Origin: Mobula hypostoma
Taxonomy: Eukaryota
Direction: 5' to 3'
DNA length: 64,000 bases
Assembly: GCF_963921235.1 (NCBI RefSeq)
Contig: NC_086108.1
Location: forward strand, 87,546,001 to 87,610,000
A program made the translations under genes and the position numbers. Below the pieces are notes generated by a model. That model ran no database searches. It was not told the origin of the DNA and saw only the letters and a program-made list of their open reading frames with translations. Position 1 is the first letter of the stretch. Each line of letters starts with the position of its first letter. Positions 26,614 to 39,400 of this stretch are shown here, piece by piece.

Positions 26614-26995
26614 CTGTAAAAAAAAATTCAAAAATACACTCAGTGGCCACTTTATTAGGTACACCTGTACACCCACTCATTAATGCAAATACCTAATCAG
26701 CCAATCATGTGGCAGCAACTCAATGCATAAAATCATGTAGACATAGTCAAGAGGTAAAATTGTGTTCAGACCAAACATCAGAATGGGGAGGAAATGTGAT
26801 CTAAGTGACTTTGACCATGGGATACTTGTTTGTGCCAGATGGGGTGGTTTGAATATTTCAGAAACTGCTGGTCTCCTGGGAGTTTCACACACAATAGACT
26901 CTAGGGCTTACAGAGAACGGGGCAAAAGCCAAAAAATACCCAGTGAATGGCAGTTCTCTGGGTGAATGTGTCTTGGTAATGAGAGAGGTCAGATG

Positions 26996-28691
26996 AGGAA
27001 GACTAACCGGAATAGGTCTTATATGGTTGGCTGTAGGGCACTGAGGAGTGTGGTAGAACAGAGTGTGCTGGAAATACAGATCCATAATTCCTTAAAAATG
27101 ACATCACAGGTAGATAGCATTGTAAAGAAAACTTCTGGCATATTGGGCTTCAAAATTCAATGTATTGAGTACAGGATTTGGGATGTTATGTTGAAATTGT
27201 ATAAGACACTGGTGAGGCCTAATTTGGAGTATTGTGTCCAGTTTTGGTCACCTACCTATAGAAAATATGTAAATTAGGTTAAAAGAGTGTAGAGAAAACT
27301 TACAAGGATGTTGCCAGGACTTGAGGGCCTGAGTTATAGGAAAAAGTTGAATAGATTCGGACTTTATTCCCTAGAGGATTGAGGGCAGATTTGATAGAAG
27401 TATACATCAGCAGCACTAGGGCTCCACAGGGGACTGTCTTGTCTCCCTTTCTCTTCACCATTTACACCTTGGACTTCAACTCCTGCACAGAGTCTTGTCA
27501 TCTTCAGAAGTTTTCGGATGACTCTGCCGTAGTTGGATGCATCAGCAAGGGAGATGAGGCTGAGTACAGGGCTACGGTAGGAAACTTTGCCACATGGTGT
27601 GAGCAGAATTATCTGCAGCTTAATGTGAAAAAGACTAAGGAGCTGGTGGTAGACCTGAGGAGAGCTAAGGTACCGGTGACCCCTGTTTCCATCCAGGGGG
27701 TCAGTGTGGACTTGGTGGAGGATTACAAATACCTGGGGATACGAATTGACAATAAACTGGTCAAAGAACACTGAGGCTGTCTACAAGAAGGGTCAGAGCC
27801 GTCTCTATTTCCTGAGGAGACTGAGGTCCTTTAACATCTGCCGGATGATGCTGAGGGTGTCCTATGAGTCTGTGGTGGCCAGTGCTATCATGTTTGCTGT
27901 TGTGTGCTGGGGCAGCAGGCTGAGGGTAGCAGACACCAACAGAATCAATAAACTCATTCGTAAGGCCAGTGATGTGTGGGGATGGAACTGGACTCTCTCA
28001 CAGTGGTGTCTGAAAAGAGGATGCTGTCTAAGTTGCATGCCATCTTGGTCAATGTCTCCCATCCACTACATAATGTACTGGGTGGGCACAGGAGTACATT
28101 CAGCCAGATACTCATCCCACTGAGATGCAAGCACAGAGCGACATAGGAAGTCATTCCTGCCTGTGGCCATCAAACTTTACAACTCCTCCCTTGGAGGGTT
28201 AGATACCTTGAGCCAATAGGCTGGTCCTGGACTTATTTCCTGGCATAATTTACATATTACTATTTAACTATTTATGGTTCTATTGCTATTTATTATTTAT
28301 GGTGCAACTGTAACGAAAACCAATTCCCCCCGGGATCAATAAAGTATGACCATGACTATAATTACGAGGGATATAGATTGTGTAAATGCAAACAGACTTT
28401 TTCCGCTGAGGTGAGATTATAACTAGAGGTCATGGGTTAAGAGTGAAAGATGAAATGTTTAAGAGGAACATGCGGGGGAACTTCACCTAGAGGGTGGTGA
28501 CAGTGTGGCACAAGATGGCAGCATAAGTGGTGGATGCAACATTTAAGAGAAATTTGGATAGGAACCGATTGTAGGGGTATGGGGAGCTGTTGTCCGGGTG
28601 TAGGTAGATGGGACTCAGCGGATTCATGGTTCAGCGTAAGCTCGATGAGCTGAATGTCCTTTTCTGTGCTGTAGTGTTTTAAGGCTCTATG
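26996..28691 (+). mobile_element. CR1 3' fragment nested in the Tc1 element
   Basis: 'DVMLKLYKTLVRPNLEYCVQFWSP'. The CR1 resumes after 28360. atgagga occurs at both junctions. Confidence 0.85.
27406..28358 (+). mobile_element. Rex1/Babar-like LINE 3' fragment nested in CR1
   Basis: RT 'APQGTVLSPFLFTIYT', 'QKFSDDS', '[12 protein letters not shown]'; 'RLYFLRRLRSF'; tail aataaagtatgac(c/t)atgac. Confidence 0.9.
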
Positions 28692-31361
28692 AGGAATGGC
28701 CAGACTGGGTCAAGCTGACAGGAAGGTGACAATAACTCAAATAATCACATTACGACAGTGGTGTACATAAGAAAATAATACATCACATTGAAATGAATGG
28801 GCTACAGCAGAAGAGCATGAACTTTTATTCATTGACCACTTTATTGGGTACAGGAGGTACCCAATAGTGACCAGTGAGTGTAAAATCAAGTGACTAAGTT
28901 ACTGTGAATATTACAATCCTTTCCAGCATGCCCTGGGCTTAATACTAGGAAGATAACTGCTCTGTACAGTACAATTTTAACAAAAGTGAGGCAAAAGGAC
29001 CAGTTAGTTTGCAGCAACAAACCCATAAAATAGTGCCTCTTTTTCCAACTGTGGGAATGATGAAATCACCTAACTCATTAAGTCTGGATTAGACTCAAGT
29101 CTGCATAATCAAGTAATTCAGATATACAGCAAACAAGGCAGAGACCATGAAGCACAATTTGCACAGTAATCCATGGACAGAACCTCAGGTTTACCTTGGA
29201 GTTGGTTATCATTATAAGTGGCTTAATTGTTGCTTCTGTATCCGCACTGAAATGTCACACGCTTTTGTGAGTACTTGAAATTTAAAGAACAATATAGCAA
29301 TGCTAAAACAAAATCAAGTATACTTTAAAAACAAAGTGTATTATTTTGTTTTGAACAGGATGATGAACAGATATATTCTATTTGACTAGTCTTCATTTGT
29401 CCTTTCTGCCCCACAATCTGGGATGATTTATAATGGGTCACTAGAAATATGGCAAGTTTTCAGAGCTCAACATGTCTAATTCTAATTGGCAATTACCATA
29501 TGAGGATTAGATAATATTTGTACTGATCATGACTTAGCTTTAATGATATGATGCCATGTAATACATGAAAAGGATCTGAATTTGAGAAGAGTCAATAACT
29601 TGTAAGCATTTTTTTTCTTGAGAGGAAACCAACTATCCAGGATTCTGGAGGAATTAAATACAAGGGTGCAGGTTTCTGACAAGTTTCTGGTCCTCGTGGC
29701 TGATTTCCATCCTCATTAATTCTTGCACAGCCAATTAAGTCAGCATTGGAAGGACTTCTTCAACACACTGCAATGCCAATTCTATTTAAAAGTACCTCGC
29801 ACTAAAATCTACATCATTCCTGAGCAGTTACAGAGATTACTTTGTTCTCATTGATCAAAACAATGCACTGTACACTGCAGCTTTTCAATAACGTTCTGAT
29901 GGCTAGAACTGCTACGCACATCGTGGTGAAATTGGCATCACCTTTGAGATGAGGGATGACAAGGAATCCCAGATGTGGGACAGTACCAGGGATGCTCCCT
30001 CTGCTGCTCTATGGAAAGTGATGAATACTGGGCATGTTGACTGATAACTTTAAACACCTGCATATTGTACATGTGGTGACATTATGACTGATGCTGGAGC
30101 CAACCTGATATTGATTTACAACAGGAAATCAGTGTCTCAGAGTCATACAGAGAAACAGCATGGAACTAAGCCCTTCAACTTAGAGTCTATACTGATCATA
30201 AGTCATATTTCTTCAATAATACTATTATTTTACTCTATCTGTATTTCTAATTCTGTCTAAATCTCAACCAGATTTTACACTCACCTATAAACAAGGAGCA
30301 TTTTACAGTCCCAGATAACCAGGCTACAGGCCTTTGAGATGCAAGTGAAAACTGAAGCAAATATATGTCAACAAGATGCAAGATGTCTCTGGCAGTACAG
30401 ATTAACTACATTTCCATGCAGCAATTGGTGAAACTTTGTGTGTGCTACCCTGCTGGGATGGAATCTGAGGACAGCAAAAATTTTTGGGCTATTGCCTTGA
30501 GGTCTGTTTTCCTCGATGGTTCAAAGGCAACGTCAGACATCCCACCTCTCCCGGAAGTTCCAGGAGTCTCCTGCATATTGATAGCGGTTCCCTGACGCCC
30601 GCAAATTATATATAATATCCTGGAAATTGATTTTTTTGAGAGAGAGCAAGCGGGGGTGGTGGTGCTACCTCCCTGAAATGAGTTTTTCAGGATGGGATGT
30701 CTGCAATGTATCAAAGGCGTGCAATGTATCAGTTGCAGCCAATTATATCCTTGGGAAGCTCCAATCAGTAAGACAGACCAAAATCAATCGTTACCATTCA
30801 TTTTATTTGTGCTATGAATGTGATCAAAAATTAAGCTTACAATAAAATATCTTCCCATTTTTTGACCTGCAGTGAGACTTGGTGATACAAGAGTAGCTTC
30901 TTATGCATTTTGGTTTTCTTTTTAAAATGCTTTTCCAACTATTGCAGTGTTGCAAACGCCTCAATTAAAATCAGCTTTCCCATTAATTTGCATATATTAT
31001 TTTTGCTTCAGTACAAGCATTCTCTCCAGTTGGTCTAAAAAGCCAGTGGGAGGAAACCATGCTGTGATTCCTGGCTATCATCAAGTCGTGAGAATGATAC
31101 TGAAGTCATGGGTCATAAAATTGCAATTTAAGAAGCCTAAAAATGACAGTCAGCAATATTAATGAACGAATATTTTATCAACTCATATGGTATTTCTCTG
31201 TTACTTTATAGAAATTTCCAACCTGCTTAGAATGAAAATGTGGCCATTTGTTTCGTAACAGAACTGATGATGTTCAATGGCTCGGAGCAACTCCTCTTTA
31301 ACACCATTACAACTATTCTAGGACTTAACAAATAATGATCTGAATATTCTCCGCTGCTCAC

Positions 31362-31437
31362 CTTTGGACTATCATCACTTTTCTGCTTATGGACAGAAGT
31401 TGCAGATCTTGAATCCACTGGCCGCGTTCTTCCCAAA
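31362..31437 (-). CDS. SZT2: SZT2 coding exon: (N)LGRTRPVDSRSATSVHKQKSDDSPK
   Basis: ttttttttcag| acceptor, AAG|gtgagc donor, 76 nt, phase 2-0. It bridges the phases of its neighbours exactly. Low-conservation linker ending in SPK. Confidence 0.88.
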
Positions 31438-31879
31438 CTGAAAAAAAATGTTGTTACAAATGTGATAAGGGTATTTGTATTACAAATAGCCACAAAGGAA
31501 CTGCATGCTGAAACAGGAAGAAAACCTGACCAGTGGCAACATTTTATTTGAAAGTGAGATAAACTGCTGGAATAAAATTGAAGTGGTCCATTGGCAAGGG
31601 TAAAGTTATCTTTCAATACAACACAGTAAGCAGGGGACAAAAGAGAAAAATGTTGCAGAAATCACATTTGGCAAATTGGATTTGCCAATATAGTGAGGAA
31701 GTGCAGTGTGACCATAAAGAGGGGGAAGTAAATAGTACAAGACAAGAGAACAACCTGTATTAATTGAGTAACTGGGTCTTTAGGGTACCATTTACAATAA
31801 CTATAGTTACTTGCCTAGCCTACTTCAATAACATCTTCCATATCTGCAACTTTTACCACCAAAAAGGGCAAAGATGTGT

Positions 31880-32215
31880 AGCAATGCCAGTCAACATTTC
31901 AGCCCAAAATGACTGTTAACTCCTCTCCAGAGATGCTGCCTGATCTGCTGAATTTTGTCAGCATTTTGTGTGTGTTACTCTGGATTTCCAGCATCTGCAG
32001 AATCTCATGTTTAGGAACACCACCACTTGCAGGTTCACTTTTAATTCACACAGCAACCTGACTTGAAATGGATCACAGTTCCTTCATTGTCGTTGGGTCT
32101 GAATACCAGAACTTGCTCCCCAACAACATTATGGAGGAACTCAGCAGATAGGGCTGCACCTGTGGATAGAAATAGACAAGTCGATTTTTTTTGCATCAAA
32201 ACCCTTCATCTGCAC
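31880..32215. repeat. Old, decayed Penelope-terminus-like short repeats in opposite orientations
   Basis: 'gatgctgcctga.ctgctga...tttccagcatctgcagaat' resembles 42300-42387. A reverse copy lies at about 32130-32210. Confidence 0.5.
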
Positions 32216-33697
32216 ATTGTGGGAGAACCCTTCAATGGTTCAAGGGATTTACCATCATCTTCTTGGAAATAATCAGGTATGGGCAATAAATATCGGATTT
32301 CCCAGGAAATAGATGCCAGTGCTCGAGAATGCAACCAACAGATGCTACATCCTGAAAAATGAACTGAAAAACTGAGTAATCTGGTCTAGTAAATTAAAAT
32401 CAAACAGCTTCTTGTGGGTGGGGGGAGGGGGAGAGGGGTCACACCAGCTTGAGCAGAAAAAAGCTGAAATATCACAAATTATATTATTAATAGATTAGAA
32501 TGAACTGTTCCAAATTTTTAAAAATTAAATTGTAAAGAAAGAATCCAGCAAAAAAAGTTCAAGAATTTTAAAAAAATGATTGCTACTCCTTATAAAAAGC
32601 TGGAGATAGTGGTATAGAAATTTAGCCCATATCATTACCAAATGTTGATGCTGTACATTATAGAACATGAAACCTGTATCTCACACACACATATAAATAA
32701 ATACACACGCACACACACACAAGTATATTAATATTAACAGCAGATGGTATAAGCTGCAAGACATAACAATTGCAATAGCAAACTGGAACTGAAATGATGT
32801 AAACATTCTTTTGTCATGGAGATTTAATGGGAAATCCTGGCTTTCAACACAAATGAAGTTTATAAATTAACAGAGCATAATTGGTAATTCATACCAGTTT
32901 CAGAAGCCCCAGTAACTATTCCTCTCTGTACCTTGAACAAGCACCAGTTATCATTTCTCCTTGAGCAAATCATATTTTGTTTGAAACGAGGGTAGCTGTG
33001 ATATGAAACTCATTGGTGGTTGGATAGTGCAACAGAATCAATTGGTGCTTTCAAAGGAGAATTGGTTTGCCATTTGCTGGAGAATAATTTGCATTGCTAC
33101 AGGGAAAGAATAATGAGATGTTCAGAAAGGAGTTAATGTAGACTCTTAGGGTGAAATGGCCTTCTGTGTCTAAACAATTCTTATGATTGTATTTTGAATG
33201 CAATTGGGCTGAAATAATTTTTCAAAGAAGCTACCTGTTTTGGTCCTCTTCTTATCAATTCTACCATTCAGGCTTAACTACATTTCACAGATTATCGTAA
33301 TTTATTTCATTCCATTACTCAATAAAAACATGACAAGGAAGAGCCGATGGAAAATTGCTTTCTTTTGGTTTGCACTAAGAATATTTACAATATCATTTAC
33401 TTTCCTCAATACTTAAATAACTGAATTATATTGAGCATTTTCGTGCAATGTACTGTTTACACATTTCTATATATTATGAGGACAGATACTATATTGATTA
33501 AGTCATTTGAAAGTATCAATTCAATGTTCTGAATGAAAGTGAACACACATTTGTAGACCGTCAGCATCAATGGAAAGCAAAGGTAAATCAGCTAATTAAA
33601 TGGGTCATATTGAGATGGCAGTAAATGCAATGTTTCAGTTACGTGACACTTTGTGTTACAATTCTGCCGGCTTGTACCAAAGTGATTTATTTCTTAC

Positions 33698-33900
33698 TTT
33701 CTTGTGGGAGAGGGTGGGCGGACCTGCACAAGGATAAATCCCATGCTCTGTAGGTATTGAATATACTGCTGCATGAACGCGTTGGAAATCTCGGCCAGCC
33801 ACTGGTCTTCCCTGAGCCTGAAAGGCATTGTTTCCACAGAATCACTGCTGTGGCTTCGGTCTCTTCCTGACGCTGCGGAGTCGTTTGAACGATGACGCTT
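33698..33900 (-). CDS. SZT2: SZT2 coding exon: KRHRSNDSAASGRDRSHSSDSVETMPFRLREDQWLAEISNAFMQQYIQYLQSMGFILVQVRPPSPTR
   Basis: ctctag| acceptor directly after the CT repeat, AA|gtaaga donor, 203 nt, phase 0-2. Matches recalled 'AFLQQYVQYLQSIGFVLV.LRPPSP'. Confidence 0.95.
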
Positions 33901-33902
33901 CT

Positions 33903-34345
33903 AGAGGGAGAGAGAGGGAGAGAGTGAGAGAGAGTGAGAGAGAGAGAGAGTGAGAGAGTGAGTGAGAGAGAGAGAGAGAGAGAGAGAGTGAGAGAGAGAG
34001 TGAGAGAGAGAGTGAGAGAGAGAGAGAGAGTGAGAGAGAGTGAGAGAGAGTGAGAGAGAGTGAGAGAGAGAGAGAGAGAGAGTGAGAGTGAGAGAGAGAG
34101 AGTGAGAGAGAGTGAGAGAGAGTGAGAGAGAGTGAGAGAGAGAGTGTGTGAGAGTGAGAGAGAGAGTGTGTGAGAGTGAGAGAGAGAGAGAGTGAGAGAG
34201 AGTGAGAGTGAGAGTGAGAGAGAGTGAGAGAGTGAGAGTGAGAGTGAGAGAGAGAGTGAGAGTGAGAGTGAGAGAGTGAGAGAGTGAGTAAGAGTGTGAG
34301 AGAGAGTGAGAGAGTGAGAGAGAGAGTGAGAGAGAGAGAGAGAGA

Positions 34346-34378
<33 letters not shown>

Positions 34379-34759
34379 TGAGAGAGAGTGAGAGAGAGAG
34401 TGTGTGAGAGTGAGAGAGAGAGTGTGTGAGAGTGAGAGAGAGAGAGAGTGAGAGAGAGTGAGAGTGAGAGAGAGTGAGAGTGAGAGAGTGAGAGTGAGAG
34501 TGAGAGAGAGAGTGAGAGTGAGAGTGAGAGAGTGAGAGAGTGAGTAAGAGTGTGAGAGAGAGTGAGAGAGTGAGTGAGAGTGAGAGAGTGAGAGAGTGAG
34601 TGAGAGAGAGTGAGAGTAAGGGAGAGAGAGTAAGAAAGTGAGAGAGTGAGAGAGTGTGAGAGTGAGAGAGAGAGAGAGTGAGAGAGAGAGTGAGAGAGTG
34701 AGAGTGAGTGAGAGAGTGAGAGAAAGAGAGAGAGAGAGTAAGAGAGAGTGAGAGAGTGA
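33903..34759. repeat. About 850-bp compound (GA)n/(GAGT)n microsatellite; reads (CT)n/(CTCA)n on the SZT2 strand
   Basis: Seen directly. It produces the spurious S/L/H/T ORF 33901-34782. Confidence 0.98.
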
Positions 34760-35337
34760 TCAGAAGAAAAACAAAAAGCCAAAAATTATGAAGACAAAAA
34801 AATCACAGTCCATCTTTACATTAAAATAGGACATCAGAAGAAAAAAAACACACTTCTATGTATTATACTTTACAACTTTGGCATGAAACGAAAGTCAAAG
34901 AGATATTTCTGAAACAATGCCACTGTTTCAAAGAAAAGGGAAATGCTGCAATTAATCTGCACACATTGGGTCCTCAGTCAGTAAGCAATATACAAAAAAA
35001 AAACAAATATTCTTCTTGGTAGTATCGGTTCAAGATTAAAAATTGACCAGGAAATTTGAAACCCCTTTCTCAAAATAATACTTTTGGATTTTCTTATGGC
35101 ATCTGAAAATTTGGCTTAACACTGCAGCAGAAATGCAGCAGCTGCAAAATGTGCATTACAACACTGGCTCTGAGCTGCATCATTAACTTAGATTATCTGC
35201 AGAACAGCATTCAACAAACAACCTAGGTTAACAATACAGTACAGACCCAATTTTTTTATTGCTTTTGTTTGAATGAGAGGTAAGAGTGTTAGCACTTAGT
35301 TACAGTTAACACTGAAAAACATAGCCCTGTACTGAAC

Positions 35338-35650
35338 TTGGTGCCGTGGCAGTATAGCAGTTAGCACAATGCTATTACAGCTCAGGGGCATTGGAGTTAG
35401 GTGTTCAATCCCAGCGTCCTCTGTAAGGAATCTGTACATCCTCCCCATGGAATGAGTGGATTTTCCCCAGGTTCTCCCATTCCCACAGTCCAAAGGCATA
35501 CCAGGTAGGTTACTTGGTCTTTGTAAATTGCCCTGTGATTAGGCTAGGGTTAAAAATCAGGCTGTCGGGTGTTGCTAGGCACGAGGTTCGAGGAGCTGGA
35601 AGGGCCTATTCCACGCTCTATCACCAGATAAATGAATAAATAAATAAATG
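35338..35650 (+). mobile_element. tRNA-derived SINE (V-SINE-like)
   Basis: A-box-like tagcagttagc, B-box-like gttcaatccc, core 'cccacagtccaaag' and 'ttgtaaattgccc', and a (TAAA)n tail. Confidence 0.7.
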
Positions 35651-36401
35651 CACTGCATCTGACACTCTACATCCTCTTACAAACTTGTTTTAATTTAAAA
35701 TTGACAAAGAGTTCTTTTGCACCTACATTCAAATTCTTTCCATAAATGAAAAGTCGAAGAAATCTTACAGCATCCGAATTCAGCAAATCCAAAAGCCATT
35801 CAAGCTCATGTAATTTATTTTTCCGTTGCTAAAGAACTCTTTATGAAGCTACTCACCCTTCATTGCAACAGGACTTATATTTTGCTATCTCTTGCATAGC
35901 ATTTCACAAAAATGAAATCCATTCTTATAATATAACATTACATTTCAAAAGCAATTCACAAATTGTTAAGTGCTTTTGGAATCTCAAAAGATACAAGGTC
36001 TATGAGTTGAAGTTCTTTATTTTCATTGACAATGTACATTGAATTTCTCTAAAATGAAAGAATATAAGAAAAGGGAGTTGGAAAAGGATACACAGCTCCA
36101 CGAGCCAGCTTCGCTTTTTAATAAATCATGGCTGATCCATTGACTGGTCCTTATAACTTCTGACTCCTCTGTAATGCAAGAATTTATCTATACTTGAACA
36201 TACTTAATAGTTTGGCATTAATAACCTTCTGAGATTGAGATATCCAGAGGTTCAAAAAAAAAAGATTTTTCTTAATCTCAATCTTAAAACCCTGTTCATG
36301 GTTCTGGACTCTCCCACTGGAAAAATATGATGATCTACCTCATCAATCTCCCATAGAATCTCTTATTCATGATTCAGTGAGAAAATCAGTTACCATCCTT
36401 A

Positions 36402-39400
36402 TAGAAACATAGAAAATCTACAGCACAATACAGGCCTTTCGGCCCACAATGCTGTCCCAAACATTTAGAAATTACCTAGGGTTATCCATAGCCCGCTATT
36501 TTTCTAAACTCTATGTGCCTATCCAAGAGTCTCTTAAAAGACCCTATCGTATCCGTCTCCTCCAGCATCGCTGGCAGCCTATTCCATGCACTCACCACTC
36601 TGCGTAAAAAACTTACACCCAACATCTCCTCTGTACCAACTTCCAAGCACCTTAAAACTGTGCCCTCTTGTGTTAAGCCATTTCAGCCCTGGGAAAAAGC
36701 CTCTGACTATCCATATGACCAATGCCTCTCATCAGCTTATACACCTCTATCAGGTCACTTCTCATCCTCCGTCGCTCCAAGGAGAAAAGGCCAAGTTCAC
36801 CCAACCTATTCTCAAAAGGCATGCTCCTCAAACCAGGCAACATCCTTGTAAATCTCCTCTGCACCCTTTCTATGGTTTCCACATCCTTTCTGTAGTGAGG
36901 TGACCAGAACGGAGCACAATACTCCAAGTGCAGTCTGACCACAGTCCTATACAGCTGTAAAATTACCTCTCGACTCTTGAACTCAATCCCACGGTTGATG
37001 AAGGCCAATATACCATATGCCTTCTTAATCACACCATCAACCTGCGCAGCAGCTTTGACTGTCCTATGGACTTGGACCCCAAGATCCCTCTGATCCTCCA
37101 CACTGCCAAGAATCTTACCATTAATACTATATTCTGTCATCATATTTGACCAACCAAAACGAAACACCTCACACTTATCTGGGTTGAACTCCATCTGCCA
37201 CTTCTCAGCCCAATTTTGCATCCTAGCGATGTTCTGCTATAACCTCAAACAGCCCTCCACACTATCCACAACACCCCCAAACTAACCGTCCCTCCACTTC
37301 CTCATCAGGTCATTTATAAAAATCATGAAGAGAAGGGGTCCCAGAACAGATCCCTGAGGCATACCACTGGTCACCGATCTCCATGCAGAATATGACCCAT
37401 CAAACAACCACTTCTGTGGGCAAGCCAATTCTGGATCCACAAAGCAAGGTCCCCTTGGATCCTATGCCTCTTTACTTTCTCATTAAGCCCTGTATGGGGT
37501 ACCTTATCAAATGCCTTTCTGAAAATCCATAAACACTACATCTACTGCTCTACCTTCATCAATGCGTTTAGTCACATTCTCAAGATATTCAAACAGGGTC
37601 GTAAGGCATGATCTGCCTTTGACAAAACCATGTTGACTATTCCTAATCATATTATTCCTCTCCAAATGTTCATAAACCCTGCCTCTCAAGATCTTCTCTA
37701 TCAACTTACCAACCACTGAAGTAAGACTCACTGGTCTGAAATTTCCTGGCCTATCTCTACTCCCTTTCTTGAATAAGGGAACAACATCTGCAACTCTCCA
37801 ATCCTCCGAAACCTCTCCGGTCCTCATTGATGATGCGAAGATCATTGCCAGAGGCTCAGCAATCTCCTCCCTTGCCTCCCACAGTAGCCTGGGGTACATC
37901 TCATCCGGTCCCAGTGACCTATCCAATTCGATGTTTTCCAAATGTCGCAATGAAAAGCTCAAGCTTTTCAGTCCCTACAATTGCCAAGGTCCTTTTCCGC
38001 AGTTAATACTGAAGCAAAGTACTCATTAAGTATCTTCCCTACCTCCTCCGGTTCCATACACACTTTTTCACTGTCACACTTGGAACCATAGAAAATAGGC
38101 CATTTGGCCCTTCTAGTCTGTGCCGAAACCTTATTCCGCTAGTCCCATTGACCTGAACCCAGTCCATAACCCTCCAGGCCTCTCCCATCCATGTATCTAT
38201 CCAATTTATTCTTAAAACTTAAGAGTGAGCCGGCATTTACCACATCAGATGGCAGCTCGTTCCACAATCCCACCACTCTCTGAATGAAGAAGTTCCCACT
38301 AAACCTTTCCCCTTTCACCCTAAAGTCATGTCCTCTCGTATTTATCTCTCCTAATCTAAGTGGATAGAGCCTACTCGCATTTACTCTGTCTGTACCCCTC
38401 ATAGTTTTGTAAACCTGTATCAAATTCCCCCTCATTCTTCAACGCTCCAAGGAATAAAGTCCTAACCTGTTCAATCTTTCCCTGTAACTCACCTCCTGAA
38501 GACCCAGCAACATCCTAGTAGATCTTCTCTGCACTCTTTCAATCTTACAGATATGCTTCCTATAGTCGATGACCAGAACTGCACACAATGCTCCAAATCT
38601 GGCCTCACCAATATCTTATACAACCTCACCATAACATCCCAACTCCTATACTAAATACTTTGATTTATGAATGCCAGGATGTCAAAAGCCTTCTTTACAA
38701 CCCTGTCTACCTGTGACGCCACTTTCAGGGAATTATGTATCTGAACTCCCAGATCCCTTTGTTCCTCCACACTCCTCAGTGTCCTATCATTTACTGTGTA
38801 TGTCCTACCTTGATTTGTCCTTCCAAAATACAACACCTCACACTTGTCTGCATTAAATTTCATCTGCCATTTTGTGGCCCATTTTTCCAGTTGGTCCCGA
38901 TCCCCCTGCAAGCTTTGAAAGCCTTCCTCGCTGTCCACAATGCCTCCAATCTTAGCATCATCAGCAAACTTGCTGATCCAATTTACCACATTATCATCTA
39001 GATCATTGATATAGACAACAAATAACAATGGTCCCAGCACAGATCCCTGAGGCACACCACTAGTCACAGGCCTCCAGTCTGAGAAGCAATCATCCACTAC
39101 CACTCTCTGTCTTCTCCCACACAGCCAATTTCGAACCCAGTTTACATCCTCTCCATGGATACCTCGAGTCTGAACCTTCTGAACTAACCTCCCATATGGG
39201 ACTTTGTCAAAGGCCTTACTGAAGTCCATGTAGACAACATCCACAGCCTTCCCTTCATCTACTTTCTTGGTAACCTCCTCGAAAAACTCTACAAGATTCA
39301 ATAAACACAATCTACCATGCACAAAGCCATGCTGACTATCCTTAATCAGCCCCTGGCTCTCCAAATACTTGTATATCCAATCTCTCAGAACACCTTCCAA

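Larger units (their letters stand above)
26637..28880 (+). mobile_element. Non-autonomous Tc1/mariner DNA transposon, interrupted by nested CR1 and Rex1 insertions
   Basis: TA|cactcagtggccactttattaggtac at the left end and decayed gtacccaatagtgaccagtgagtg|TA at the right. Transposase N-terminal remnant MGRKCDLSDFDHG...GLNISETAGLLG. Confidence 0.8.

Noticed and set aside
30445..30714. CpG-containing minus-strand ORF as an extra SZT2 exon
   Set aside because: The neighbouring exons already join in phase, there is no convincing splice-site pair and no SZT2 similarity. It is more likely a repeat remnant.
33901..34782. 293-aa Ser/Leu/His/Thr ORF
   Set aside because: It is a translation of the microsatellite and lies in an intron, ending at the acceptor's TAG.
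35338..35420. tRNA gene
   Set aside because: The tRNA-like boxes run into a SINE body and tail, and no full cloverleaf is evident.
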